Positions 36,401 through 49,688 of a DNA stretch of 64,000 nucleotides are shown one piece after another (within the stretch, counting starts at the first letter, position 1; each line of letters starts with the position of its first letter). The stretch covers positions 37,950,401-38,014,400 of the forward strand of contig CM120641.1 in assembly GCA_051362555.1 (NCBI GenBank). The letters run 5' to 3'. Below the pieces are notes generated by a model. It saw only the letters and a list, made by a program, of their open reading frames with translations. It was not told the origin of the DNA and did not search any database. The translations under genes were made by a program, and so were the position numbers. The DNA comes from Lingula anatina. Taxonomy: Eukaryota > Animalia > Brachiopoda.

Positions 36401-39400
36401 ATATGAAAAAAGCACAAGCGTATCAAACTGATACAATTTCGTTGAGTGATTTGATTCGTGGTGCGATTTATTTCGAAGGCATCAACACTGGCGACGAGGA
36501 TAAACACTAGTGCAAAACTGTGAGTCAAGTTTCTTTGAAAAAAATGGAGAAAAAATGTGAAATTACGGAATTCGAACCGTACAGAAGTCCGGAGACATTG
36601 GGTCACGCTCGACGCGATGGCTAGACAGTTTAAACTTTTCGCTGACGGAAAAAGATTGATCTTTTCAAAACCAACGAACGGCATGAATAATGAACAAAGA
36701 TAGAAAATTAAAAATACATGACAAAGGAGACGCGCGCTTATGTTGTATTCAGCAGGGACAGGTGTACAACTTACAAGATATTTTCAGGACTCTCCCAAAC
36801 ACAGGTTAGAAACATGAATATACATAAGACAGTTAACGCTTTGAATGAAATTGGAACACCAGAAACTGAGTATGATGAAACTGAAGTCATTTGACAAACC
36901 AAGCCAGTCTAAACATTACGAGTTTAGACATGAAAAACGAAGTAGAAACTCCCTGACTGAGAAAACATGGAACGTTGGATCACTTTGCAAAACTCTGCAA
37001 AACTGAAACTATTATTCATGTAAATGACAGCTTTGAACATGAAAATCCAGGAGTGCATATATATTTGGTGTGGGAACCAATGCACAGAAGACATGGAGGA
37101 AATAGAGGAGGTGTTAATCTCAGTGTATTACCAGATTCAGGTGCATATTGTAATATCATTGATGAAAATACATGGAGAATGCTGAAATCCAAGAAAAATA
37201 AATGTGGCTCTTGTGGAGGACCAGAAAACAAACAGTATTATTCATGTACACGTCTGAGAAACCTTTAAAAGTGAAGGGAACATTTGAATATGACGTAAAG
37301 GCAAGCAAAGGAAGAGACCAGTAGTAGTGAAAGGACATGGGATTTGATATGAGTTGATTAGTTTTGAGAATTTTCAGTGTGGTTTAAGGAATAAAAGTTG
37401 GAGTTCATATGCTATTCTGCAAATGTTTGAAAAGACATTTTAAAGACTGAACTGTCAATTAACATGTTTTGAAAGGACCGTTTCTCTCCAAGAAAGGAAG
37501 GGATGTTGTGTTTGGACTTGACATTTGAATGAACTTTTGTTAACTTGGTAGAGTTACTTGTTCCATTGTTGATTCCTTTAATAATTATAAGCTTGTCAAG
37601 GAGGCGGGTGTATCATTTCTTAGTGTTATGGATTTGAAAAAAGCGCAAGCATTGCAAACTGGTTCAATTCATTGAGTGATTTGATTCGTGATGTGATTTA
37701 ATTCAAAAGCATTGATACTGGGGTTTGTTTTTGTGCACATGAAATTCTCTTTTAATTGTACATCTATATCTGTGCTGGAGTATACATATTTTTTTTTCAG
37801 AATTTACATGTATGTACAGTACTGTAGCCAGCATGTAAGTTGAATTGAAACAGTTACTGCATGGTTATTTATAATTTTGTTATAACTCTCCATCATCTAA
37901 AAAAGAATGTTTTTTCATTCATTATTCAAGATTTATTCATTACAAAACTATATTCATTAGTGATTATTATTATTAATGATATGTTTGAATTAGTTTAAAA
38001 ATGACAATGTATAATATTATTTAGGTTGAGGTGTGCAAAAATATTTCCCCCTCAAATCCCCCCCCCCATGTACATGCATAATTAATTACAATTTTTGTAA
38101 TTTGTGTTAATTCAGATTCGATGAGCAGCTTTGTGTTGAAAAAAAAATTGTTGTTATAACTGTTTTCTTTACATGTATGTAAGTGACATTTCCTCCTGTT
38201 AAGTGTCTGTATATTTGCCTTTTTGCAGTGTGGTTTTTTTTTTTTTTTTTTTTTTTTCAAACATACAAATTGTTTTGTACAAAAAGACAAGGAGTGGCCC
38301 TTAATTTGTTGCATGTTAGTTGCCAGCAAGGTTATATAATGTGTAATAATTTTGTTTAGGCTTTTAGCACAGAATAAATACTTGAATCTTGAATCTTGTA
38401 TGTCTTTTTTTATAGTTATCTTATTGAATAATTAAAAATAATTAAAAAAAGAAAAAAAAAAAAAAACAATCTGGGCCATATGTGGTCCATGTCCGGCCCT
38501 AATCTGGCCCACATCCGGCATGCCATACCTTTGCCAGATATTGCCAGATCTGGGCCAGATCTGGCCACATGAGCAAATGTGAAATAATAAAAAAAAAACA
38601 ATCTGGGCCATATGTGGTCCATGTCTGGCCCTAATCTGGCCCATTTGAATATGATCTGGCCCATATCTGGCCCACATCTGGCATGCCATACATTTGCCAG
38701 ATATTGCCAGATCTGGGCCGACATCTGGCCATATGAGCAAATGTGGACTGGGCCAGATGTGGCAATGTCTGGGCCAGATCTGGCCCAGACATTGCCACAT
38801 CTGGCCCACATGTGGCAAGCCATACCTTTTGCCAGACATTGCCAGACGTTGCCAGATCTGGGCCAGACGTGGGCCAGATCACTGAGGCTGTCTGGGAATA
38901 CTGATATTATACAAACAGTGCATTTTGCAAGAAGTAAATGTATATCATGTTTTGTTGTTCCAGTGTGGTTGGGTGAGGCATTTAGCTGCAGGTGGCCTTA
39001 GTGTTGCTGTCTTCAACAGAAACACATCTAATCACCTGGCTGCCCTCCATGAGCTGGCCAGCACTGAGAGGACATTCTTTCATCATATGGCACTTATAGC
39101 CTCTGGAGTACTGAAACATATACTAATGTCAGGTAACATACACTTGTGTCTGGAAACATACACTCATGTCAGGTAACACATATATACTCATGTCAGGTAA
39201 CATGCATTCATGTCAGGTAAAATACACATATCAGTAACATATACTCGTGTTAGGTAACATCCTTATGTCAGGCAATTTAAGGACCTATATTTAATGAATT
39301 AATAGTTTTCTTTCTGCAGTGGGGTTCAAAATTACTTGAATGACTATTTATATTTTAATGAGAAGTTTTAAGTCGTGAGATTTTTATGTTGCTTCCTTTA

Positions 39401-42400
39401 TAAGAACTTCTATACTTTTGATTATAATGTCCTATGACATATATGGCATTTTCTAGATTTAATCATAACCATGCTTCAGGCAAATAAATAATGTGAAAAC
39501 AAAACCATTATCATGTGGAAAAGTCAAATTTGAATTCTTTGTTTGTTTGAATTTATAACATTTCTTTTTTGTTTCAGAGCCTTTTGCATCTGAAGAGATT
39601 CATTCATCTGAACTTTCTATGAAAGTACTTTTTGATGCATTCACTGGGCTGTCTAGTGTGGTAAACTAAATTTACATATTTTTATTTATACTTTTCATGT
39701 AACTTCCTTTAGTATTTATCAGGACTTGGGAGTAAATTGTTACTTTATTGCTTTGATGCAGTATCAGTTATAACTTTTTTTTTTGTTAATTGGTAGTTGC
39801 TTGTTTTATATTTAGGTCTAAAAGTAAGTCACTATGTTCATTGTTATTGTTGATGTTAGATAATAGATGTTTGACAGATGCTTATTGTATTGTATAGTGA
39901 TGCCTTTGTTTAAAAACCCAACTTTTTTTTTCAGATTGGCATGAATAGTGTGGGTTTGACCCGAGCTGTGCAGGGGTCCCTGTCTGTGAATGAGGTGTTC
40001 ATGCTAAGACAACAGGACCAGCTCTTGTCCACATTACAGCATTACTCCAAGAGCTTTGGGGATGCTGTGGCCATTGGAGCATTTGACTGGAGTAGTAAAG
40101 TTGTCAGGTAAGTCTTGGACATTTGGAATGGTATGGCATTGGGAGATTTTGGAAAGGATGTCAGGGATCATTTAGTGGATAGAGACAGGTTTTTACCTTG
40201 ATAAACTGGCAGTTTATTTTATTTACTTAGCCCACTTATTCATTAAATATATTTATGATAGCTCAGTATTTTAGGATGCTTATTAATTTGCTTATAGCAC
40301 ATAATTCACAAATATTTGCATGTAATAAATAAACTACAGCAACAATGATTTGACTTACCAGAATTTGATGACCTTTATTTAATATATTTGCAGCACTGTT
40401 TTCAAGGAGAAAAACATCAGAGATGTTGTCACAGATATCCTTGAAGAGATCAATTGTGAGAAGAACTTGAGTGATGTGAAGACCTTGATGAAATTGCTGC
40501 AACTTCCTCTAAGGAGACTGAAGGAGTATGAGCGCCTTGCTCAGAACCTGGCACTTTGCTACCCTGATGTAAGAAACAGGCCCTAAACAGCTAAGAACTG
40601 TATTGAATATAAAGTATTTTGTCATGATACTGTTTGATTTCATTATACTTGTGATTATACTTTGTGAACAAAAAAAAAAAAAAAAAAAAAAAAACTTGTG
40701 TGATTTAACACATGCAAATATTACTGGAAAACTATTCATTGGTATCATTTGTCTCATAGTGTTCTGTTGATAAATCAGTTTTCAGGTTATGACATTATCA
40801 AAGTAGATGTCATTGCACTGTAGAGAAGAAAATTTACCTTAAAGTTTGTTACAGATGTTGTGCATTGCAGCACAACATCAGTATATATGGCTATAACAGA
40901 GGACAGGAGAGTAATATATGATGTTTCATTATAGCACAGCATGGAGAGTGACCACCTTTTCCAGCTAAGCAGCAGCTGTGGTCAGCTTAAACAAGCGGCC
41001 ATTGCAGACCATAATCTTGCTGACAATACCAGGAAGTTCTGGGATCTTATATCTTCTAAGATGCCTAAATTCAATGTAAGTTACTCCAAAAAGAGTCTGC
41101 CTCTTGTCATGTTTGATTTATATATTTTATGAAGTCATTTTAAAGTTCTGTTAGTTAGCAGTTCCTAAGATGAATCAAAGTTCAATTTAAATCTAGAAAT
41201 TACTGCATAGCTGTATATTCTAAGATACCCTAAGTATCTTCCATGTACAATTAGAAGCATTTAATAAAATTAAAACAAAGTGGTGTGTTTTTCCCATAGT
41301 GATTTCATTTATGAATTGGTTAAGATCCAGGTTGATTGTACTGCTTAAAGTGTGGCTGTTTGGCCCCTGTCTCATATACTTGATGTAGTTCTTTGGTTGT
41401 AGATCATTTAATTTTTTCCCACATGTTAGATACAGGCATGATTGGTAACTTTTGTTTGTTTTAGAAAATTGCCAAGGTAAACTGCTCAGTGGACATACTT
41501 ATTAAATGTGTCTTATGTCAGCTACTCACTTATTTATATATAATTCTGTATGTTTATTAACTTCTGCCTTGTGTCATTTATCTGGAAAGGTGGTTTATTT
41601 TACATAGTGAGATAGTAGGTACCACAGTGAAGAAATTAGATGCAACTAATAATTTTTGATTATGATCTGCACCGAAAAAACACTGTCCGTCTCATTGTTG
41701 AACACAAACCACACTACTGTACCAGCTTATTTGAGTGTATTAGTTGTTTGTTTAGCATGAATGTTACCTGTCTCCACAAAGGGTTATTAACAGGTAGATA
41801 TTTGAACTCTTAGGCATGCTTTGGTATTTTAGGTCTGTTGTGGATACTTCACCCTGTCCATATGTGCTTCTTACACATCAACATCTCTAATGCATGTTGG
41901 TGGCTCTGAGGAATCCATTCACTCCTTTACTGTCTGAAATGATATCGATTACTTGTCATCTTACCCTTTTCGCTCTTTTGTAGTATTTGATTCTTATTTT
42001 TAATCATCATTTTCCCCTGTACTTTATGCTTCTGCTGTACCAGATGAGACAACTACAAGTTGACTTTGGATCTTCATACTTAAGAGGTCATAATGTGGTG
42101 AGAAGATGTTCTTGAGTTGTTTATTTACTAAAGGTGTAACAAACCAGGTAGTTCACTTTAACATTTAGTAGAGAACCAGATTATAGTTTATAAATCTCTA
42201 TTATTATTGCCCCAATATCCAAGGTGATTGGCACTAAACACTGTTAATAATATCTTAACATGGCATGTTTACCCACTTCCCCCATACCAGTTTCCCATTT
42301 TGGTGAACCATTTAACATGCAAGATTATTTTGACTTAAAATTTGGGATTTTCATATCAACCTTAGTTGCCTCAATAATAGAAAAATATTTAAAAACTCAG

Positions 42401-45400
42401 TGATATTTGCACTGTTTTAAAAATCTTTTTTTTTTTCAATGGATGATGTCAATTATACCACATGGCTTTGATGTAATTTGCATCTTTATAATTTGTCTGG
42501 CAGGCTTGGTCCTAGCACCCTCATTAAAACAAGCATATGTTAATGTGAAAATAACCTTCCTTTTTATGGCCTAGCTTTAAAAGAGCTTTTTTTCATGTTT
42601 AATAAATTATGTTTGCATGGAAAGAAAAAAGGATTTATCTTCCCTTCATACCAAAAAGGAAAGTGTTGTACATTAATAAAAAGTTATAATTACAATAAAG
42701 CTATACCAGTCCAGTAGTATTGGGACTTAAGAGAGGATATGTTGATGGGGTACGGTTTGGTTTTACACTAACATGATTGTTTAAAATTTGTTATAAATGG
42801 TTTTATCTCATTGACATAAAGTTTACTAGTTAATGAGTTTTGAAATGTCTGTTAATGTTATCAGCAGAAAAGAAAAGAAAAGGACAGCATTTAAGTATTT
42901 AAAGGACAAAAGTTACATGTAATAAAAGACCAGATTATGACCTGTGATTTAAGTTATTCCTATCCTAGTGACAAGTCTTTACGAAATGCTGTTGTTAACA
43001 TGCACAGCAGCTTTTACAGCATTTTGAGGGATATCTTTTTCATTTCAGTTCTTAAAATTACAGGAATTCACTTAGTTCTTATTCTGGTAATAAAAAATGA
43101 AAGTGAGATATTTATGTTTCTTGGAGGTAAAAGTATGGAATAATATAATTCTACCATTTATGATTATAGGATGCCTTGAAACAGCCTGGCAGAAGACTGC
43201 TGAGGGAAAGCCGCGCCCATCCTCTCCATGTTGCCAATGCCAGTCGATTTTCCCTCAATTGGTTGTTGCTCTTCAATGATGCCCTTGTATTCGCTCAGGT
43301 AAATAGGTGCAGTATGTTTATCAGAGGCCATGTTTGAATGATTTTTATGTAAAGTATATGTGTGTGAGCAGGTATATTTGTTTTTACTTAGATGCATTAA
43401 GATCACAAATGGGGAGTAATACTGTATATCACTTTAATGAAATTTTATTATTATATTTTATGTAGTTGTTTCAGATGAAAGTTATATTGCTTAAACTCAA
43501 ATATTTGGTTTAATTTTGCTTTGCATATGGTCAGACATGCAAACTAGAACTGTAACTTCTTATTGAAACCCTTTGATGTCTATTATAGTATTCCAGTCAC
43601 CAAGCATTTCCTCTTGCGACAATCTGGCTAGAAGCAGTTTGTGATTCAGATACCATAAAGTAAGTAGGAAATATTATTTGGTAAATTAATTGTTCAATAT
43701 CAAACAGCAGGAACATTCTGTATAAATTGAATGTTTATATACAGTTTGATACTAGAAATTTATGATTAACTTAATTTGATTAATATTCTTCTCTTGGTGA
43801 AGCATGAAGAGAGAATTGATTAGTACTCTTACTTTAACTATTTTTCTTTTTCCTCTTGAAGGAATGCATTCACTTTGATAATGCCAGAAGAAAGTCTTAC
43901 GGTATATGCACCATCAGCACAAGAAAAGGTAGGAATCTTTTTAGAATTTATTGTCATTTATGCCACTTAATAAGTCCCAGAACTCTTAAACACTAAATAC
44001 CATGCATGCAGTTTATATCTTCGTGAGCAGAAAAAAAACTGGGGCAAAAAATCTGCATCTAAAGAGATGTTTTTGAATTTACTTATAGACTGAATGGCAG
44101 CAAGCATTTCACCAAGCAATAGAAGCTGTACTCTCAGACCGGAAATCGGGGTCAACATTCAGTCAGACATTACAGAGAAAGTCCACTGTTTCTGCTCGTA
44201 GCACTCTCCCACTCTCAAGATATGCCACTCATGTCTTTTACAAACCTGGACACCTCAAAGATGCCAAGTACATTGGGATGTGGCACGCAGGAAAGATGCA
44301 TGGACAGTATGTAGCTTTATTTTAACATACATGATAGATTGACTGTATAGATATACTTTTTATAAAGTTTAGTTTTGTTTGGTTACATAATTTGTTGATA
44401 TAAAAAAACTAGTTACAGTAAATGTCTTTTTGATTTATAAGTTGTGTTGCGATTTGTATTTGATTTGTAAGCCAGCTGTTAATTGTATGAATTGATTTTT
44501 AGGGGTGAGATAACATGGTCAAATGGACAAAAATATGTTGGGAAATTAAAGAATGGAGTGCAGCATGGGTAAGAGTGTACACTTTGAATTGTCAAAAAGA
44601 TGTGTTGATGCTGACATCCACTAACTTTACACTTGAGCACAGGGAGAGAGAGAGAGTGGTTGAGTTCTGACAGTTCAATAAACTTGTCAAGAAGATGCCT
44701 TTAAGGTGATAAACACCTGTTATTTTTCATATATTTAAATACACAGCACTTGCCCATCTGTTGTTGTTACTTGGTTCCACTGTATGATATTGCTTGTATT
44801 CCTCTTCAGTCATGGTGTGTTGAGCATTCCCAAAGATGATAAGAGAAGAGAACTGCAAGATGGGAATTGGAAGGAGGGCAAACTGAATGGACTGGGATCT
44901 ATAAAGTATTAAAACTCTACTTTTTGTTCAAACCACTCTGTACTAAGGCATATTGTTAATCATGTTCAGTTGGTACTGAAGATAACATTTTCAATAGAGT
45001 CTTTTCCACGAAATCGTGAGCATGCGCAGTTCCCGCCATTTTGTGCGGGACTGTTTCCCAGGGGGAAAGAGTAGAAGGGGCCTTCGGTACTTTTGTAGTA
45101 TACCCCCCCCCACCCTGTAACTTTCTGTAACTTTCACTTTTCAAACAGTTTTTTACATTTTATTGTTTATCTATGTCAAAGCTGTTGAAATAAAATGCTT
45201 TTGTAATTACCTGTGGACTTAATTTATTAGTGTTAATCACGTTTAATCCAGCCCATTGAAATACAAAGTTAGAATCTTCAATTTACACCCGCAGTCAATA
45301 ACTTGCCGCATTTTTGTTGGCTAACTCTAAGGTAATTTTATGTGAACAAGTAGCTCATAATAATTTCACAGAGGAAATCTAAGTATACAATGTATCAATC

Positions 45401-48400
45401 CTATGTTCACATAAAATAAGGTAGAGTTAGCCAACGAAAACGCAGCAAGCTGCGGTTACATTGTAAATTTTCACACTGTATTTCAATGGGGTGGATTAAA
45501 CGTGATTAAAACTAATAAAAAGACCACAGGTAATTACAAAAACATTTTATTTCAACAGCTTTGACATAGGTGCAAAAGACACTGTAAAAAATGTTTGAAA
45601 AATGAAGGTTTCAGGAAGTTACAGGGTGGGGGGGTATACTGCAAAAGTACCGAATGTCCTATCTTTGCTGTCGATTAGGTACGTTTTTAGTTCTTTCATT
45701 GAAAAGTCATCAGGTACTTCTGCTAAATTTCTATTCCAACTGCTCCCATGAATGTGTTTTCGAAAAAAATCAGGTGTTAACATGTTACGAAACTTTGAAA
45801 ATTCAGATTGAAATGAGCACTCCTCGATATGGCGTCCGTCGTGTACACTCCACACTTTCCCCCTGAAACTTCAAATCCCGAAAAATCTCGCGTTCCCACG
45901 GATAATGTAGCGGAAGTCACGTGACCGTGGAAAAGCCTCTATTGTTCAGATTATTCATGACAAAAACTTTAAAGTACTAATAAGCCTTTTTTTATCCATA
46001 TGTTATGTTTTGTTATAAAAGAAACTTATCAAATTTTTCAAAATCACAAATCTTATATTATATTGTTTTTTTCCTAAGAAAAGAAACCCTACTTCCCCTG
46101 TCCCCCTCATCTCATGAACATCAACATCTTTCCCTAATTCACCATAATGAATAGTTCACAAGATATCACGTCAATGTCTTTTTCTTGCCAGATATGCCAG
46201 TGAGGATGTGTATGAAGGGTATTTCAAAGATGGACAGAGACATGGACATGGTGTTCTGAAGACAGGGAAACTGACCGCCAGCACTGCCAGTGTGTACATA
46301 GGAGAGTGGGCGGCAGATAAAAGATGCGGTTATGGGGTTTTTGATGACATTGTCAAAGGTAAAGGACTGACTGTTGGTTTCTGTACCTGATATTTGGTGT
46401 TATTTTTCTGGATGTAATATTTATTGATATGTATGGTAAGAAAAGCGGGTATTTGACAAGTACAATAATTATTGCTGTGACTTTTATTTCAAGAAAGAAG
46501 TATATTAACTATTGCTGTGATTTTTATTTCAGGAGAGAAGTACATGGGCATGTGGCATGATGATCTCTGTAGTGGCAGTGGAGTACTTGTTACTTTAGAT
46601 GGACTTTATTATGAAGGCAACTGGATACAAAATAGGTTATCAGTAAGTGCATTTTTGTAAGTCTTTATATCTTAAATACATTGTGTGCATACATTGTTTG
46701 GTGTAGTACTTTTTTAACCTTGTTTTGTAAGGTGGTAGATTGGCAGATTAACCCTCTTGATAGCATGTTACTTTGCATGCTTATCAAAAACAGCATAAGG
46801 TATGTCTTTTTTGCCAAATTGAAAAATTGCCTCAGAATTATGAAAATCAAGTAGGTAGAATGATGACTATTGCTACAGCTGGAATGAATTTTGAAATTGA
46901 GTGGCATAAACTGATTGTATTTGTCTTAATAGAAGATATGAATAAATGGACTTCATGTCTGTCAACAGGGTGTAGGCCTTATGATAACTGAAGACAACAT
47001 CTGGTATGAGGGTGAATTCTATGGATCTTCTTTATTGTATGGGAAGGTAAGCATTTTATATCTCCATCCAGAGTAGTACAAGATTCATAAAGATATTAAT
47101 GACAAACACAGGAGTATTTTATCCTGTATGTTTTAATAAAATTTCTACTTTTGTTACTTTTTTCTTGAAGAGAATCATAATTGTTATTTTATATCGACTT
47201 TTCACATAAATATCTTATTTTTTCTCTGTTTGTTGGTATGGTATTTCTTTTTTCTGTTAATACAAAAAAGTTTTAATGCAGAGCAAAAAAAATTAGTTGT
47301 AAAATGTAACAACTGTAAATGATATCTATATTTGCAATACACATTTCAATAATTTCTGTTGGGGAATGAGACCTAAATATATTTGATTTTCATTATTCAG
47401 GGCACCATGACCCTTCCAAATTCAGACAAGTTTGTGGGTAGTTTTAATGGTGCTTTCACTGATGGAGTAAAAATAAGTGGAAATTTCTACAAAGCCATTA
47501 ATCCGGAAAGAAGAAGTGTTCAGCAACAACCCAGTGTATCAAACCCTGAGTAAGTAACAGATATTTTTGTAGCAAATAATTAAAAAAAAGAGATGGTGTA
47601 TTGGGATCTGTCTTAAGATTTTTTAAGATAATTGTTCTTGATCACTGTGTATATGTGAACTGGTGCCTCAAAATTTGTTAGTTCTAAAGCCCATTTCCAA
47701 CTTTTCTATTACAAGTTACTGTTGGTCACATCTTAAAAGAAGCAAAATAATCATAATTTCTGGTCCTCTCTCAGGTCATTTGGCAAGCACAGCGTCCCCG
47801 CAGACCAGAAGTGGAAACAGATCTTCAGTTTATGTGAATCTCTGCTTGGTGGTCCCACTGCCCCAGCAACCAAGGCCTGGGAGGCAGTGGCAGTCATGGT
47901 CAGTGCAGGCAAGAGGACAGTGAAGAAGGACAAAGCCAGGTAAATGACTAGTGAAATCATGCCAGGTGGTATTCGCTATATTTCAGCAGTTCTAGAATAG
48001 AAATGGCTGTGGCAGTTTTAGTCAAGGATCAAGAGTCATGAAGGTTGGATTCTATGTTAAAGGGCAAGCAAAGTCAATAACAGCAGAACCAGTGCAGTAG
48101 CAGTAATAAAGCTTTCATCAATCATATAAGGCCTTTCAAAGCTATTTGACCTCAAGCCAGAAATTTGCTGTAACTTTAATATCCCCAGTCTTTGGCTTTT
48201 GTTATAAAGCATATGTGTACATGTTTCAACCAATTCTGATTATAATCTTGCATCTTTTATGAAGGCTACACACCTTTTTGTTTCCATATTTATTCATTAA
48301 ATGAAAACATTGATTTTCCTCCTCTGAATGTTATTATGGGTATTGCACCTTATTGTAATGAATATAAGGATGATTTATTAAATGATTACAACTTATATTT

Positions 48401-49647
48401 ATTTATTTATTTTTGCTTTGTCATGGGCGCAATACATCAAAATAATGTTAGAATTACCTGAATTTTTTGTGAATTATAGTGCTATCATCTGAATCATTTT
48501 CAATATTAGGTATAAAATATTTTTGAATGCAAAATAAATTCTAGAAATGCATGAAAATTTGAAAATAAACTGTTTCACAATTCTTAAGCCTTTTGAAATT
48601 GCAAAGGGGCAGAAGCTCTTACCTACCAATGACATGTACAACATCTGAAGGTCAATTATTCACAGTTGCATTCCTTGATATTATCTAATTGCTGTTTAGG
48701 TCTTCAGCACTATTACATAACAGAATTAACAGAAACACAATAACAGCCCTTGTCTTTTTAACTTGCTTGCACTAAAGGATCTAATAGAAACTAACAATAA
48801 CCATTGCATAAGTGAAACCTGGTAAATTCAGTGAAATTATTCATGTCGAACCAGCATCATTTTATCTGCCAGTGACTCATTACTGTAAACTGGTTTGTAT
48901 CATGCAGTGGATATATCTTACTTCATTGCTTATATGCTTATCATCCCTAGATGTTAATGGCTCAGTTAATTAATGACACAAAGTTATCTCATTGCTTGGT
49001 TTTGACCTATGAGGCTGTATATTTGTCATGGATACAAAAGACAATACCATGCATGAAGCACTGCAAATATTCTGTATAAGGTCTAACTTTTGCATAATGT
49101 ATGATTTGTTTTGGTTTGACAGTGTGCACATTTTTGATGTCTTGAAGAATCTTTCAGATACAGAAGTGGTAGTTCAGATGACCTAGAAAAGATTCCTCCC
49201 TACAACAGAGGAACAATGACTATTGACTATTATAAGCAAATTCAGGAATATCTGCGTAAGGTATGTGTGAAACAACAAATATTCATGCAAGTGTGTCACG
49301 TTATATATATCGGAAAGCACCTAAGGTGACCTGCATGGGCCAATACTAATTTGTGTCATGTATCTTTTTCTTCAATTTTTCAGGTTATGTCCTATTTGGA
49401 CAATTTAGATATTTTGCTAAAAAACAATAAAACAAGCAAATAAACAAAGTAAAAAACAGACTTTGTCAATAATTAAGTAGTATGATAACTATGAAGCTAC
49501 CAGCAGGGATATACTACATAGAATCATATTGCAATATTTTTGTATGTCACATTGTTTTTATATTGTTTAAAGTAAAAATTGAACCTTTCTTTCTTTTTTT
49601 ATGTACAGACACAGATGTGTCTGTACATATAGCCATCATCTGCGTCT

Positions 49648-49688
<41 letters not shown>

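Noticed and set aside
35835-38885. Many overlapping repetitive ORFs (WARSGPDLA-type)
   Set aside because: Artefacts of stop-poor palindromic subterminal transposon repeats; not genes and not a CRISPR array, since there are no unique spacers.
48700-48775. Possible extra ALS2 exon after TTAG
   Set aside because: No GT donor before the in-frame stop, and the flanking exons already join in frame.
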